A stretch of 64,000 nucleotides of DNA from Octopus sinensis (taxonomy: Eukaryota). How positions within the stretch are numbered: the first letter of the stretch is position 1; every line of letters starts with the position of its first letter. Of the stretch, positions 48,860-60,754 are shown one piece after another. Under the pieces are notes generated by a model. It searched no databases and was not told the origin of the DNA. It saw only the letters and a program-made list of their open reading frames with translations. The translations under genes and the position numbers were made by a program. Where the stretch lies: contig NC_043026.1 of assembly GCF_006345805.1 (NCBI RefSeq), positions 13,309,579 to 13,373,578 of the forward strand, in the 5' to 3' direction.

Positions 48860-49530
48860 ATTTGAAAATTACTATTTTTAAATCTCACCACAACAGATAT
48901 TCAGCAACAGTACTTTGGATTAAAGATTGTTTGCCAACATAACATGGCAGTCCTGGTTTAGGACGAATGTTGCTGTAATTTAGCTCCAGGAGACAGCGTC
49001 TCCAGCAGGCTATATGACATGATCTGTGTCCTTATACTTTCAAACGAGAATCTAGCACCCCTCCATTCAGCTCAAAACAATATCTGTGTATTGCAATTTT
49101 GAGGTTATTTCCCTTCATCAGCACAGAATAATTGTTTGGCTAGAGGTGGCGCTGCCAAATTCCAGTTCAAAATATATAGTTTTCAAAGTGATAACTAGTC
49201 ACTGATCTATAAATTAGAAAATTGCTATTAGTAATAGTAATTTTTTTGAGCTGGGTGGGGTTGCTAGATTCCCTTGTTTGAAAATATAAGGACACAGATC
49301 GTATCGTATAGCCAACTGGAGACGATGTCTCCTGGGGCTAAATTACAGCAACATTCGTCCTAAACCAGGACTGCCATGTTCTGTTCTGTTGGCAAACAAG
49401 CTTTACTACAAAGTACTGTTGCTGAATATCTCACGTGATTTTAAAATAGTAATCTTCTAATTTATAGATCAGTGACTAGTTTTCACTTTGAAAACTACAT
49501 ATTTCAAACGGGAATTTGGCAGCGCCACCC
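48860..49530. mobile_element. Long-TIR fold-back element with nested inverted segments
   Basis: 48890-49070 is the reverse complement of 49255-49435; 49140-49230 is the reverse complement of 49445-49530. Confidence 0.75.
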
Positions 49531-50468
49531 CTAAGCGGTGCTCCAGCATGGCCACAGTCAAATGACTGAAACAAGTAAAAGAGTAGAGTAAAGAGAGAGA
49601 GAGTATGGTGACCGATAATAAAGTCACGATTTTGGGTAGGGAAAATAGTCACAATTGATTTATGGTGGCCGGTAATAAGGTCACAAGAAAAAAATGTCAC
49701 AATTAATTTATGGGATCTAGACACCAACCTCCCGGACAAACCCCTGTGACTTTTTTACCTGGATTCATTCAGATACCCAGCAATGCTGAGCACCAAATAT
49801 AAAAAGAACCTTTTTCAGTTGATCATACTTTGATATGAAAAAAATCCACAACCTTCTATCTCAACAAACCACTATTGTCTCTGAAAGTTGTTAAATCGAT
49901 CAACATCAATGGAAATAGTAGCTGTGATACCAGTGCCGGTGGCACGTAAGAAAACCATCCAAACGTGGCCGTTGCCAGTGCCACCTTGACTGGCCTCCGT
50001 ACCGGTGGCACATAAAAAGCACCATCCGATCGTGGCCGTTTGCCAGCCTAGTCTGGCACGTAAAAAGCACCCACTACACTCACGGAGTGGTTGGTGTTAC
50101 AAAGGGCATCCAGCTGTAGAAACACTGCCAGATCAGACTGGAGCCTGGTGCAGCCTTCTGGCTTCCCAGAACCCAGATGAACTGTTCAACCCATGCTAGC
50201 ATGGAAAACGTTAAACGATGATGATGATTGCTTGAAGCTAACTTTCTTCCTACACCTCAATCCTTGGATCTTATATATATATATATATATGTGTGTGTAT
50301 GTATTATATGTGATGCTGGTAATTTCTTTTCCTTCTTTGGACTTTTCCCTTTCTCCTTTCCAGTGAAGAGCTAAGCTGAAAATGTCAAAATCTCTTTTTA
50401 CTGAGCGTCCAACTAATACATTCCTTGTCTCTTAGTGTTAATTTTATTGTTCGTTTATTTGAATTGAC

Positions 50469-50516
<48 letters not shown>

Positions 50517-50521
50517 TATAC

Positions 50522-50910
50522 AGTCACAGGAGTGGCTGTGTGGTAAGTAGCCTGTTTATCAACCACATGGATCCGGGTTCAGTCCCACTGCGTGGCACCT
50601 TGGGCAAGTGTCTTCTACTATAGCCTCGGGCCAACCAAAGCCTTGTGTGTGGATTTGGTAGACGGAAACTGAAAGAAGCCTGTCGTATATATGTATGTGT
50701 GGGTATATGTTTGTGTGTCTGTGTTTGTCCCCCTAGCATTGCTTGACAACCGATGCTGGTGTGTTTATGTCCCCGTTACTTAGCGGTTCAGCAAAAGAGA
50801 CCGATAGAATAACTACTGGGCTTACAAAAGAATAAGTCTTGGGGTCGAGTTGCTCGATTAAAGGTGGTGCTCCAGGATGGCCACAGTCAAATGACTGGAA
50901 CAAGTAAATA
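50522..50910 (+). mobile_element. SINE family A, near full length
   Basis: aggagtggctgtgtggtaagtag ... gactggaacaagtaaa. Confidence 0.85.
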
Positions 50911-50989
50911 TATATATATATGTGTGTGTGTGTGTATGTATATATATAAAGAGAGAGAGAGAGGCCGTTAGTAAGGTTAGGATTGGCAA

Positions 50990-52537
50990 TGAGTATAATG
51001 AAGAATTCCAGGTGAAGAATTAATCAGGGATCTGGGTCTTACTGAGTCAGGAGCTGAACTTCTTTCATCAAGGTTGAAGGAATGGAATCTACTGGGGGAA
51101 GACTGCAAGACCAGAAATGCCATGAAAAATTTGAAATTTACTATGAAAATATTAATGATCAGTGTTATTGTAAAGATGTGATTGGTTTGTTTACTGCTAT
51201 TGGACTCAAGCATGATTCTGCAGAATGGCGACTGTTCATAGGTAGCTCAACACGAAGTCTCAAAGCAGTGTTGCTCCATAATGGAAATAAATATCCTTCT
51301 TTGCCTCTTGCACACTCCATACAGAAGAAAGAAAATTACGATAATGTCAAAGAACTTCTCGACAAAATAAATTATGCTGAGTTCAAGTGGGATGTTTATG
51401 GTGATTTCAAGATGCTTGGCTTGCAAGGGGGATACACAGAGTATTCATGTTTCCTTTGCTTATGGGACAGCAGAGCTGATGATGATCATTACAAGGGAGC
51501 ACATTGGCCCCCACGAGGGGAACTGCAGCCAGGAATGTTAAATGTTCTCAAACACCCTCTAGTAGATTCCAACAAAATCTTATTACCTCCACTTCATATC
51601 AAACTCAGATTAGTAAAACAGTTTGTGAAGGCCTCAGATTTTAGAGGAGAAGCTTTTCCAAGAAATTTGTCTTATGTTTCCAAAGCTATCTGAGGCTAAG
51701 ATCAAGGGTGGCATATTTGTTGGGCCCAAAGTGAATGCAATGCTAGTCGAAGAAACTGGAAAGAGCGATGGCAAAATTTGAAAAAGAAGCTTGGTGTGCA
51801 TTCCGTGATGTAGTTCGTGGATTCCTAGGAAGTCACAAGGATCCTAATTACAAACAGCTGGTAGCAAAGTTTTTTGAAAACTTCAAGAAACTAGGTTGTC
51901 GTATGTTAAATTAAGTTAATTTTTTGGCTCAAAAAGCAAGGCCATGTAGGGGGACATAGAGTTATGTACAGGGAGGGTGTTCATGCAAAGAGTTCAGGCC
52001 ATTTCTGGTCCTCTCACCTAGATTTTTTCCCCCAAAAAACTTGGGTGATGTCAGTGAGGAGAATGGTGAAAGATTTCATCAGGACATCGCAACTATGGAA
52101 AGAAGATACCAAGGACGATGGGATACTGCTATGATGGGAGATTATATATGGTCTCTAGTCAGAAGAGATGAAGTTATACACTCCAGAAAATCTTGATCGT
52201 CAAAGCACTTCTCATCTTAAGAAAAAAGTTATCAAGGCATTTACAGTGCAGAGTTTTATTGTTTCTTTTTGTTGTCACTAATATTATACTTCCTAAATAC
52301 TTTTCAATAAATGAAAAATTACTAAATGTTGTGTAATTATCCTTACAATACTAGAATAGATTGAACTAACAAAGTGCTGTAGAGAAAAGTTACGAATATA
52401 ACGAGCAAATATGAAATTAGGAATAAATAAATAACTATTGATGTCACGTCAAAACAAATGTGATTTTTTAATTTAGTGGCAAAAAATACATATATGAACA
52501 TTAACAAATACAAATAAACAAAATATGTTACATTGTG
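50990..52537 (+). mobile_element. Chapaev3-like DDE transposase pseudogene with 3' terminus
   Basis: LIRDLGLTESGAELLSSRLKEWNL, WRLFIGSSTRSLKAVLLHNGN, GDFK, CFLCLWDSR, LPPLHIK, EENGERFHQDIATMERRYQGRW; ends gttacattGTG|TAA, matching my recollection of Chapaev3 CAC..GTG termini and TWA targets. Confidence 0.7.
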
Positions 52538-53454
52538 TAATCATTACATTTGACAAAATAAACTGAATGTTAAAGGGTTAAAAAAACAATTCCAACAGTC
52601 CAGAAAATACCACATAACATATATTACAGACATTTTATAAGGGATTTATAAGTGTTAATTTACATTAACCACATGTTATTTGGTCACAAATTATGTAAAT
52701 GTGATTTACATAACAAAGAGTGATTTCAACATAAATTCAAATAAAATTTTAGAAAAGTTTAACATTTTTTAATTCTATTTTTATGAATATTTTCAACAAA
52801 TCATCTCAATGATATATAATAATTTCCACAAATTTTCCCAGTCAAAATTAACGAGACTATGTCTCTGTAATTAACATTAATTACAAACAGACCTGTTTTC
52901 AAGAGATATTACAAGATTACAAGACAGAATATATCTCCAACAAGACAATCATTGTTTGACGTCCATTCTTCCATGCTGGCATGGGTTGGACGGCTTGACA
53001 GGAGCTGGGAAGGCCAGGGGGTCACAACAGGTTCCATAGTCTGTTTTCGCTTGGTTTCTACAGCTGGATGCCTTTCTTAATGCTAACCACTTTGCAGATT
53101 GTACTGGGCACTTTTTATGTGGAACCATCACAACATGCCACCCACACCAGTGCTTTTTATGTGGCACTGCACTGGTGATTTTTACATAGCACCATTAGCT
53201 GTAGTTTTTACGAGACACCATCACCAGCGCTTTCCACATGGCACCATCACCAGTGCCTTTTATGTGGCCACAGCACCAGTGTTTAATATTTTCTTCTTTT
53301 CTCACCAGCTTGTATTCAGGTATAGATTACAAATGTCAAGTGGTTGGTGTTAGGAAGGCCATCCAACTGTATAACCCACATCAGACACAGGAGCACAACA
53401 CAGTCCTCAAACACATCGGATCCTGCAAAACCATTTAAATCATGCCAGATTTAA

Positions 53455-53600
53455 AACACATTGACACTAAATGAACATCATCATCATTATGATTTACTGT
53501 GGAGCAATTTTCCTCAGGTGTGTATTTTTCTGTGTCTAGCAAAATGACCACTACTTCGGAAGGATTTCCCCACAGATGTCACAGCTGTAAGGTTTCTCTC
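53455..53600 (-). pseudogene. Orphan last finger and stop codon of a 40535-type ZNF gene
   Basis: Nearly identical to 40500-40645. Confidence 0.8.
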
Positions 53601-53962
53601 CAGCTTGTATTCAGCCACAGATTACAAATGTCAAGTGGTTGGAGTTAGGAAGGGCATCCAACTGTATAACCCATATCAGACACAGGAGCACAACGCAGTC
53701 CTCAAACATGTTGGATCTTGTCAAACCAGCCTACCCATGCCAGATTGAAGAGTGGATTTGGTAGACGGAAACTAAAAGAAGCCCGTCGTATATGTGTATG
53801 TATATATATATATATATGTGTGTGTGTGCGTGCGTGTATGTTTGTGTGTCTGTGTTTGTCCCATCCAACATCGCTTGACAACCGATGCTGGTGTGTTTAT
53901 GTCCCCGTCACTTAGCAGTTCGGCAAAACACAGACACTAAATGAACATCATCATCATCATCA

Positions 53963-55105
53963 TCATTCACATTTTTCTCCAGCGTGTGTCTTTTTGTGTT
54001 TGGCAAAATAACTACTGCTTCTGAAAGACTTCTTACATATATCACAACGATAGGGCTTTTCCCCAGTATGTATCCTTAAGTGATAAACAAGACTAGAATT
54101 ACTAGTGAATAACTTCCCGCAGACTTCACAGTTGTAGGGCTTCTCTCCCGTGTGGATATTTCTGTGCCTTATCAAGGCCCCTTTAGTCGCAAAAGACTTC
54201 TCACACATTTCACAATCATATGGTTTCTCCCCCGTGTGGAGCCTTACGTGGTTGACAAGATGTGAAACCTGGACGAATAATTTCCCACAAATTTCACAGT
54301 GATGGGGTTTTTCACCAGTATGGGTCCGTTTATGGTTAACAAGCCTGGTTTTAGTCGGGAAAGATTTCCCGCAAATCTCACACCGCTCAGGTTTCTCCTC
54401 ATCGTGGATCTTCTTGTGTCTTGTTAAATCCCGATTATCCACAAAATATTTCCCGCATATTTCGCAGTGGAATGGTCTTTCTCCGGAGTGCATTGCTTTA
54501 TGACGTAAAAAACTAGAATTAACGGAGAACGTTCTGCTACAGACGTCACAGTGGTAAGGCCGTTCCCCAGTGTGAATACGCATGTGGGTAACCAAACTCG
54601 ATTTGTGACCAAAATATTTCTCACATATTTCACACTGAAATGGTCTTTCACCCGTGTGTGTTCTTTGGTGAATTTTTAAATAACTATCATCCGAAAATGA
54701 TTTTCCACATATTTCACAGTGTAAAGTGCCACGTTTACGGCGAGACGTTCGAGAGAGTGATTTCTCAAATATCTCATCACGGCAAGGGTTTTTTCCAGGG
54801 CGTATTTCCCTATATTCCCTTAAATATTGGACTTTACCGAATGACGTCCCATAAATTTCACATAGAACAGTTTTGCTCCCATAAATTTCACATCGAACAG
54901 TTTTGTCCAATGATTTTTCTTCAGTAGTAAATACTTGCACACCTAAAGTTTTCTCATCACTATTAGAAGTATCTGCTACTGAATCCAAATTGGTCAAAAC
55001 AGTCGAGTTGGGAATAACCAAGGGTTTAACGTCCTCCATTTCCATTCTATATGTCCTTCTCTGCGATATTTTGAGTCTCTTTTCACAACTGGGTAAAATA
55101 TGCAA
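53963..55105 (-). CDS. C2H2 zinc-finger protein, 9 intact fingers plus 2 degenerate; likely start MEMEDVK at 55045
   Basis: Inverted paralogue of 44375-45622 that lacks two fingers. Confidence 0.88.
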   Translation of the reverse strand: MHILPSCEKRLKISQRRTYRMEMEDVKPLVIPNSTVLTNLDSVADTSNSDEKTLGVQVFTTEEKSLDKTVRCEIYGSKTVLCEIYGTSFGKVQYLREYREIRPGKNPCRDEIFEKSLSRTSRRKRGTLHCEICGKSFSDDSYLKIHQRTHTGERPFQCEICEKYFGHKSSLVTHMRIHTGERPYHCDVCSRTFSVNSSFLRHKAMHSGERPFHCEICGKYFVDNRDLTRHKKIHDEEKPERCEICGKSFPTKTRLVNHKRTHTGEKPHHCEICGKLFVQVSHLVNHVRLHTGEKPYDCEMCEKSFATKGALIRHRNIHTGEKPYNCEVCGKLFTSNSSLVYHLRIHTGEKPYRCDICKKSFRSSSYFAKHKKTHAGEKCE

Positions 55106-55620
55106 CGTATTCTACTTGATTGTGTCTGGAAAATACGCATGTATGTGTGTGTCTGTATGTATTACGATGAATTCACATTTGCTCACCACTGTTGTTGCAA
55201 TAAAAACGATCTTGGTTTTAGATTTGCAAGTCAATTTCAAAGGGAAGAAATGATATCAAAGTTATTCAACCAGTATTTAGCCATTGAAGTCCATATCCAT
55301 TCTATATGTCCTTCTCTGCGATATTTTGAGTCTCTTTTCACAACTGGGTAAAATATGCAACGTGTTCTACTTGATTGTGTCTGGAAAATACGCATGTATG
55401 TGTGTGTCTGTATGTATTACGATGAATTCACATTTGCTCACCAATGTTGTTGCAATAAAAACGATCTTGGTTTTAGATTTGCAAGTCAATTTCAAAGGGA
55501 AGAAATGATATCAAAGTTATTCAACCAGTATTTAGCCATTGAAGTCCATATCCATTCTATATGTCCTTCTCTGCGATATTTTGAGTCCCTTTTCACAACT
55601 GGGCAAAATATGCAACGTGT
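55041..55620. repeat. ~255-bp tandem duplication of the ZNF start/leader region (leader block in 3 copies)
   Basis: ccattctatatgtccttctctgcgatattttgagt at ~55041, ~55297 and ~55552. Confidence 0.85.
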
Positions 55621-57424
55621 TCTACTTGCCCACAGTGTACCCCTTGTTGACTATATCCATGTAGCACATATATTATCGTAGATAAAAGTCCCCAGTTTTT
55701 TTTTATAGGTCTACGTTATGAAATATGGTTACGGCTTAACATTTGCTTTGTAGTCTAAAACGTCTGGAAAATACGCATGTATGTGTGTGTCTGTATGTTT
55801 TACGATGAATTCACATTTGCTCACCACTTTTTATATGTCCATGTAGCACATATATTATTCTAGATAAACGTCCCCTTTTTTTCAACGTCTACGTTCTGAA
55901 ATAAGGGGCGATCTTGGTTTTAGATTTGCAAGTCAAACTACAAAGGGAAGAAATAATATCAAAGTTATTCAACCAGTATTTAGCCATTGAAGTCCATATT
56001 CTCGTTAAGAATTCATGACGCAGCGAAGGTGGGTAATAAAAGGAAATATTTAGTCCTTGAGGTGATGGAAGATCCGAGTCTGGAACATTTAAAGTTGGTT
56101 GGAAGGAATCAGAATTAGTTTACCTTAGACATCGCATGCGGTGTAATGGATAATTTTGACCCTCGAAAAATATCATCCAAGTAAACTTAAGTGAAAAGTC
56201 TCTAACAAACTTTAATACATTTGATATTTAATAATATCAGTTTCCTCTTGCAGCCGCCTCCAACCAACTGTTAATTCTGAAAACATTATCCAAGAAAATA
56301 AGTATATGAGAGCCTCTCTGCTGTCGTTAACAAATCTGAAATATTTCAGTTTTCAATACAAAATGATGCCAACATGGAGTTAACGCCCTTACCAATGACC
56401 AACTGTTAGTTTTATATTTTATTTAAGGTCCTCTTTTGATTTTGCTGTTTGAATCTTTAGTTTTGTCGTTACTTCCAGACGGTGGGGTGAACGGTACCCT
56501 CAGAGCTTCTAGTGCAATCACTTTGAGATTGTAAAATAGTCTATTACTAAATATTTAAAACAATGGAGCCCTTTCGATTTCGTTTTATGAGGGAGGCTTC
56601 TCTACCTAAACTATTCAAACATGGGACGTCAATAGGCCGTATGTGTGAGAGAGACAGAGCAAGAGAGAGAGCTGGTAGACAGATAAACATACGGTTAGAT
56701 AGATAGATAGATAGATAGAAAGAATAGACAGATAGATAGATAGATGGACAGTTAGATAGATAGATAGATAGATAGACAGGAAGAGAGATAGATGGACAGA
56801 TAGATAGATAGATAGACAGTTATATAGATAGTTAGATTGATAGATAGACAGATGAATAGACAAATAGATAGAAAGATAAATAGATAGACAGATGAGATTG
56901 CCGATGCTCTTAACTCGACTTGTCACCTCCTCGTGTTTATGCTGGTCAAACCAGCTCAGAAAATGAGGAAGCCTTAATGTGGTCGCTCGAATTGCTAGAA
57001 ATAACAGCTGAAGCTCTGAAAAACATTTTTTTGCTAGGTTTCACTTTTTTAAACTTTTGATTTTGTTTCCGTTTTGGTATTTCAAGAAGTAAACCCTGAT
57101 GTTTTTACACGTCCCAAGTAATTTATTTACTTTATTTGTTTCACCACATTTAATGACTAAAAGTTTTCCATATAATGTAGGGATGACGATCCCCCGCACG
57201 CGTGCCCATCTTATTGCGCCCGCAGGCTGGTGTACAAAATATAGTAAATTATCAGTTATAAAATTTATACAATATTCGTATGCCTCTTTGCGACATAAGT
57301 GGCGTTTCCACTACGACTTGAAACGGTTAAACTAGAACAGAAAATCATCCAGTGGTTGCAATTCGAATGAAAATTTTGTTTCCACTATAAAACACTTATT
57401 GCTAGGTTTGTACCATCCTCTTTT

Positions 57425-57821
57425 GGATCTTTTCGGTTTGAACGGCAGTTTTTTCTAGTGGTGTCATATGAAATTGTCACCCATAATTATGACCCTAGTA
57501 TCGATCTATTGCATTTCAATCTATTTTAGGGGGAAGGGTATATTTTTTTCTTCACAAATGTAAATAAACCCAATCTGTTTCTTAAACGAGGGACATATTC
57601 ATACGGCACATAATGTTTTTTACCTCAATAGACGTCACTGATTGGTTGAAATTGCAGAAATTGAAGAAAAAACAACAAATATCTTACAAACTATAGAATT
57701 TTCTCAATAAAACCAAGAGAAAAAGGTGTTTTATAAATACATTCTACCAGTATACGAAGTTAAAAATTTTTTAGTTACCTAGAAATTATGTTAAAAACTG
57801 CCCTTCAAACCGAAAAGATCC
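57425..57821. mobile_element. GGATCTTTTC-TIR MITE, possibly Mutator-derived
   Basis: TIR ggatcttttcggtttgaacggcagtttt / aaaactgcccttcaaaccgaaaagatcc; flanks ccatcctctttt / ccatcccttttg resemble an ~11-bp TSD. Confidence 0.65.
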
Positions 57822-59094
57822 CCATCCCTTTTGACCCAACCACACTCCAGCTGAGAAATATAAATGCCTCATAAGTAATATAAACGTCTTAAATTCAGTG
57901 GCAGCGTTAAAGAAGATGTTTTGCTTTAATTTAATGTCTTAAACTTATCTTTATTAATGTATATCGAATTTTATATACATATATACAAGATTTAACACAG
58001 ATTTCAGGGTTAAAAATTGTGATCCGCCTGCGAACCCTTTTCTTTGGAATTTTTTGCCTGCTGCACTAAAAAGTTTCCCCCAGCCCTGATATAATGTGAT
58101 TGCACAATCAAATTTCGGGAAAGTGGCATCAAGAGGGCATGTCAAAGAATTAACTTGGATTCCTTGAATTATGGAAACAAATTATTGATAAATTATTCTT
58201 TGCAAAGTTAATGATAAAATATGATAGGACTTATTTGAAAATGGATTTTAAAAATGCGGTGAACAGCATCCTGTCTAAACCCTATTTTTTCTACACTATT
58301 AGAAATTTTATATTAGAATTTTGAGTGTTAAAAAGTAAGGGACAGGAACGTCGTGACACAATTGGATTCTTCGATGTTCAAAACAGAAAGCCGAGGGCAC
58401 TTTTGGAAGAAAGAAAAAAACCCAAAAGATCGAAAATAATTTAGATCAAGAAGAGCTATGGTTATTTATCTGAATGCATTTACTTATTCGTTTCAGCAAT
58501 CCAAGTTCGATTTTTACATTTCCCATTATTACTGGTCAATCTTAATAACCTCCAGTTTTTTCATTCAATTTTGCATCCAGTTGTTATTTCACTGGATAAT
58601 GCTTTTTAAAATTTATTAACTTACTGTCATTTGGGTACAGCTGATAGGGCAAGTTGATATAACAGAAAGTGTTTCTAGACTTATTAAGTTCTGTAAGGAG
58701 GCCCTTTAAATTATGAAACCAGTCCTTTTTATGTTAAGGTAAAAATTATTCTCTACACCGCCCACTTAGTATTATTGTACTTGAACATTAATGTTTGGAT
58801 AGCATAAAACCACTTAATTACTTCAAGGACTTTATTACCTCGTCTGCATCATTAAATATTCCATTTTATTACAAGCATACAAGCTTACACTACATCCTGA
58901 ATTCATTACAAGGAAATGGATATTGATAAACAACTGATGAATGAATATCTTTAATTAATCTTTCTTCACATTTGTCACACACACACCTTCTTCGTTTCTG
59001 CATTCTGTGATGAACAATTGTGATTCATATACAACAGGCACTTGCACTCCCTATATATAATATATATATACATGTATATATATATATAAACTTA

Positions 59095-59525
59095 CTTCGA
59101 GAAATAAGAAAGTGACGCGAGGCGTTCAATCATATAATAGCAATTTAACAATCAAAACATACGCATACATACATACATATATGTACATACCTACATCTAT
59201 ATGTATATATACATGCATATATGAGTACAGGACACCACAAATAAACGTAGAACACAACGAGAAACGAAAACATAAAATCAAACAAGGAAACGGACTTTTT
59301 TTAAACAACGAAAAAACAGGGTACAAGACAAACAATACAAGGAATATTCCCCTTCTTCAGCTGCCCCTGATATATATATATATATATGTTAAAAGAATAC
59401 AAACTGGGACAAGAACGCAAAACATTTAGAAGACGATACAAAAAACACGGACCTGACATTCGAAGCCTTCAATCTTCAGTCAAGAAACCCTATCATCCTC
59501 GCAATTTCGGCTGATTAATCTCGAG
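59095..59525. mobile_element. Interspersed repeat, possibly Penelope-derived
   Basis: Inverted match to 42008-42310; degenerate ctgaaga...cttcgaatgtc on the minus strand. Confidence 0.45.
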
Positions 59526-60097
59526 ATTATATATATACAGACACATTACAGATTAAATAAGTACCAGTTACCTCACTGGGGTCGATATAATCGACTTAAT
59601 CCGTTTGTCTGTCCATGTTTGTCCCCTCTGTTTTAGCCCCTTGTAGGTAGTAAAGAAACATATACATACAGACACATACACGCAATTATTTTCTTTCTCC
59701 GACATCGGTTTTGGATTAATATAATTTATTCCTTTTTACACATCTGTTGGGTTTACAATTAATTTAAGCCCGTCTTTGCGGAATGCCTATTTGATTACTT
59801 TGCTTTGCCACTTGTGTATTTATTGACCTCATTTTTTAAGCTTACATACCACCCATTAAACCATATCCATATTTCATAACATTGAAAAAGTAGCACATAG
59901 GTTTGTCTGCAAAAATATGTTTGCAACTTAAAGAGGATTCTGTTCGCGACAACTATCCTAGGGTAAGTTGAACATATATTTACTCTGATTATTCCGCCCC
60001 CACTTGCAAACAAAGTGCTGTACTATCCAAGACAAGGAACTGAACCACAATATATTACAGTCAGAGATATTCCTTAGATTTTGACAATTCATTAAGG

Positions 60098-60754
60098 ATG
60101 AATATGGAGGACGTTAAACTCTTGGATTCGTCCAACAACACAACTGTTTTCACCAATCTGGATCCCGTGACGCAGACATACACTGTTGTGAAACCTTTGG
60201 GCAGTGAGACATTTACTCTACAAAGACTTTATCACTGTGACATATGCGGTAAATCTTTCAGTTCTAACCTTAATCTAACGGAACACAGGAGATTTCACAC
60301 GGGGGAAAAACCTTACAAATGCGATATTTGTGGCGATTCTTTTTTTTCTAACGATGTGTTAGTCGGACACAAACGGATGCACGCTGGAGAAAAACCATTC
60401 CATTGCAAAACATGTGGTAAGTCTTATGCCAATAATAGCGATTTGATTCGACACAAACGAATACACACGGGAGAAAAACTATTCCGGTGTGAAACTTGTG
60501 GGAAGTCCTTCACCAAGAATTCGGGACTTGTTACCCACGTACGTATTCACACCGGAGAAAAGCCATATACTTGTGACATTTGCGGGAAATCATTCTCTCA
60601 GAATTCCGTTCTTGGGGTTCACAAAAGGGTACACACAGGAGAAAAACCATTCCTCTGTGAAATATGTGGAAAGTATTTTATAAACAACAGTGCCTTAACT
60701 ACACACCAAAAAACACACGCTGCAGATAACTCTAGCTCTGAGAAAGACGCTTAA
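60098..60754 (+). CDS. C2H2 zinc-finger protein, 6 fingers, MNMEDVKLL leader, 218 aa
   Basis: Six C2H2 units; aggATGaat start context. Confidence 0.9.
   Translation: MNMEDVKLLDSSNNTTVFTNLDPVTQTYTVVKPLGSETFTLQRLYHCDICGKSFSSNLNLTEHRRFHTGEKPYKCDICGDSFFSNDVLVGHKRMHAGEKPFHCKTCGKSYANNSDLIRHKRIHTGEKLFRCETCGKSFTKNSGLVTHVRIHTGEKPYTCDICGKSFSQNSVLGVHKRVHTGEKPFLCEICGKYFINNSALTTHQKTHAADNSSSEKDA

Larger units (their letters stand above)
52541..56900 (-). repeat. Right arm of the inverted segmental duplication
   Basis: Reverse complement of 43209-46840 plus extra internal duplications. Confidence 0.9.

Noticed and set aside
50355-50392. Hammerhead-like gaagagctaagctgaaaatgtc
   Set aside because: Same family as 634-671, but both core strands are mutated.
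59450-59490. Hammerhead-like CTGAAGA...CTTCGAATGTC on the minus strand
   Set aside because: Lacks GAAAC and helix II has a 1-nt loop; at most a degenerate relic.
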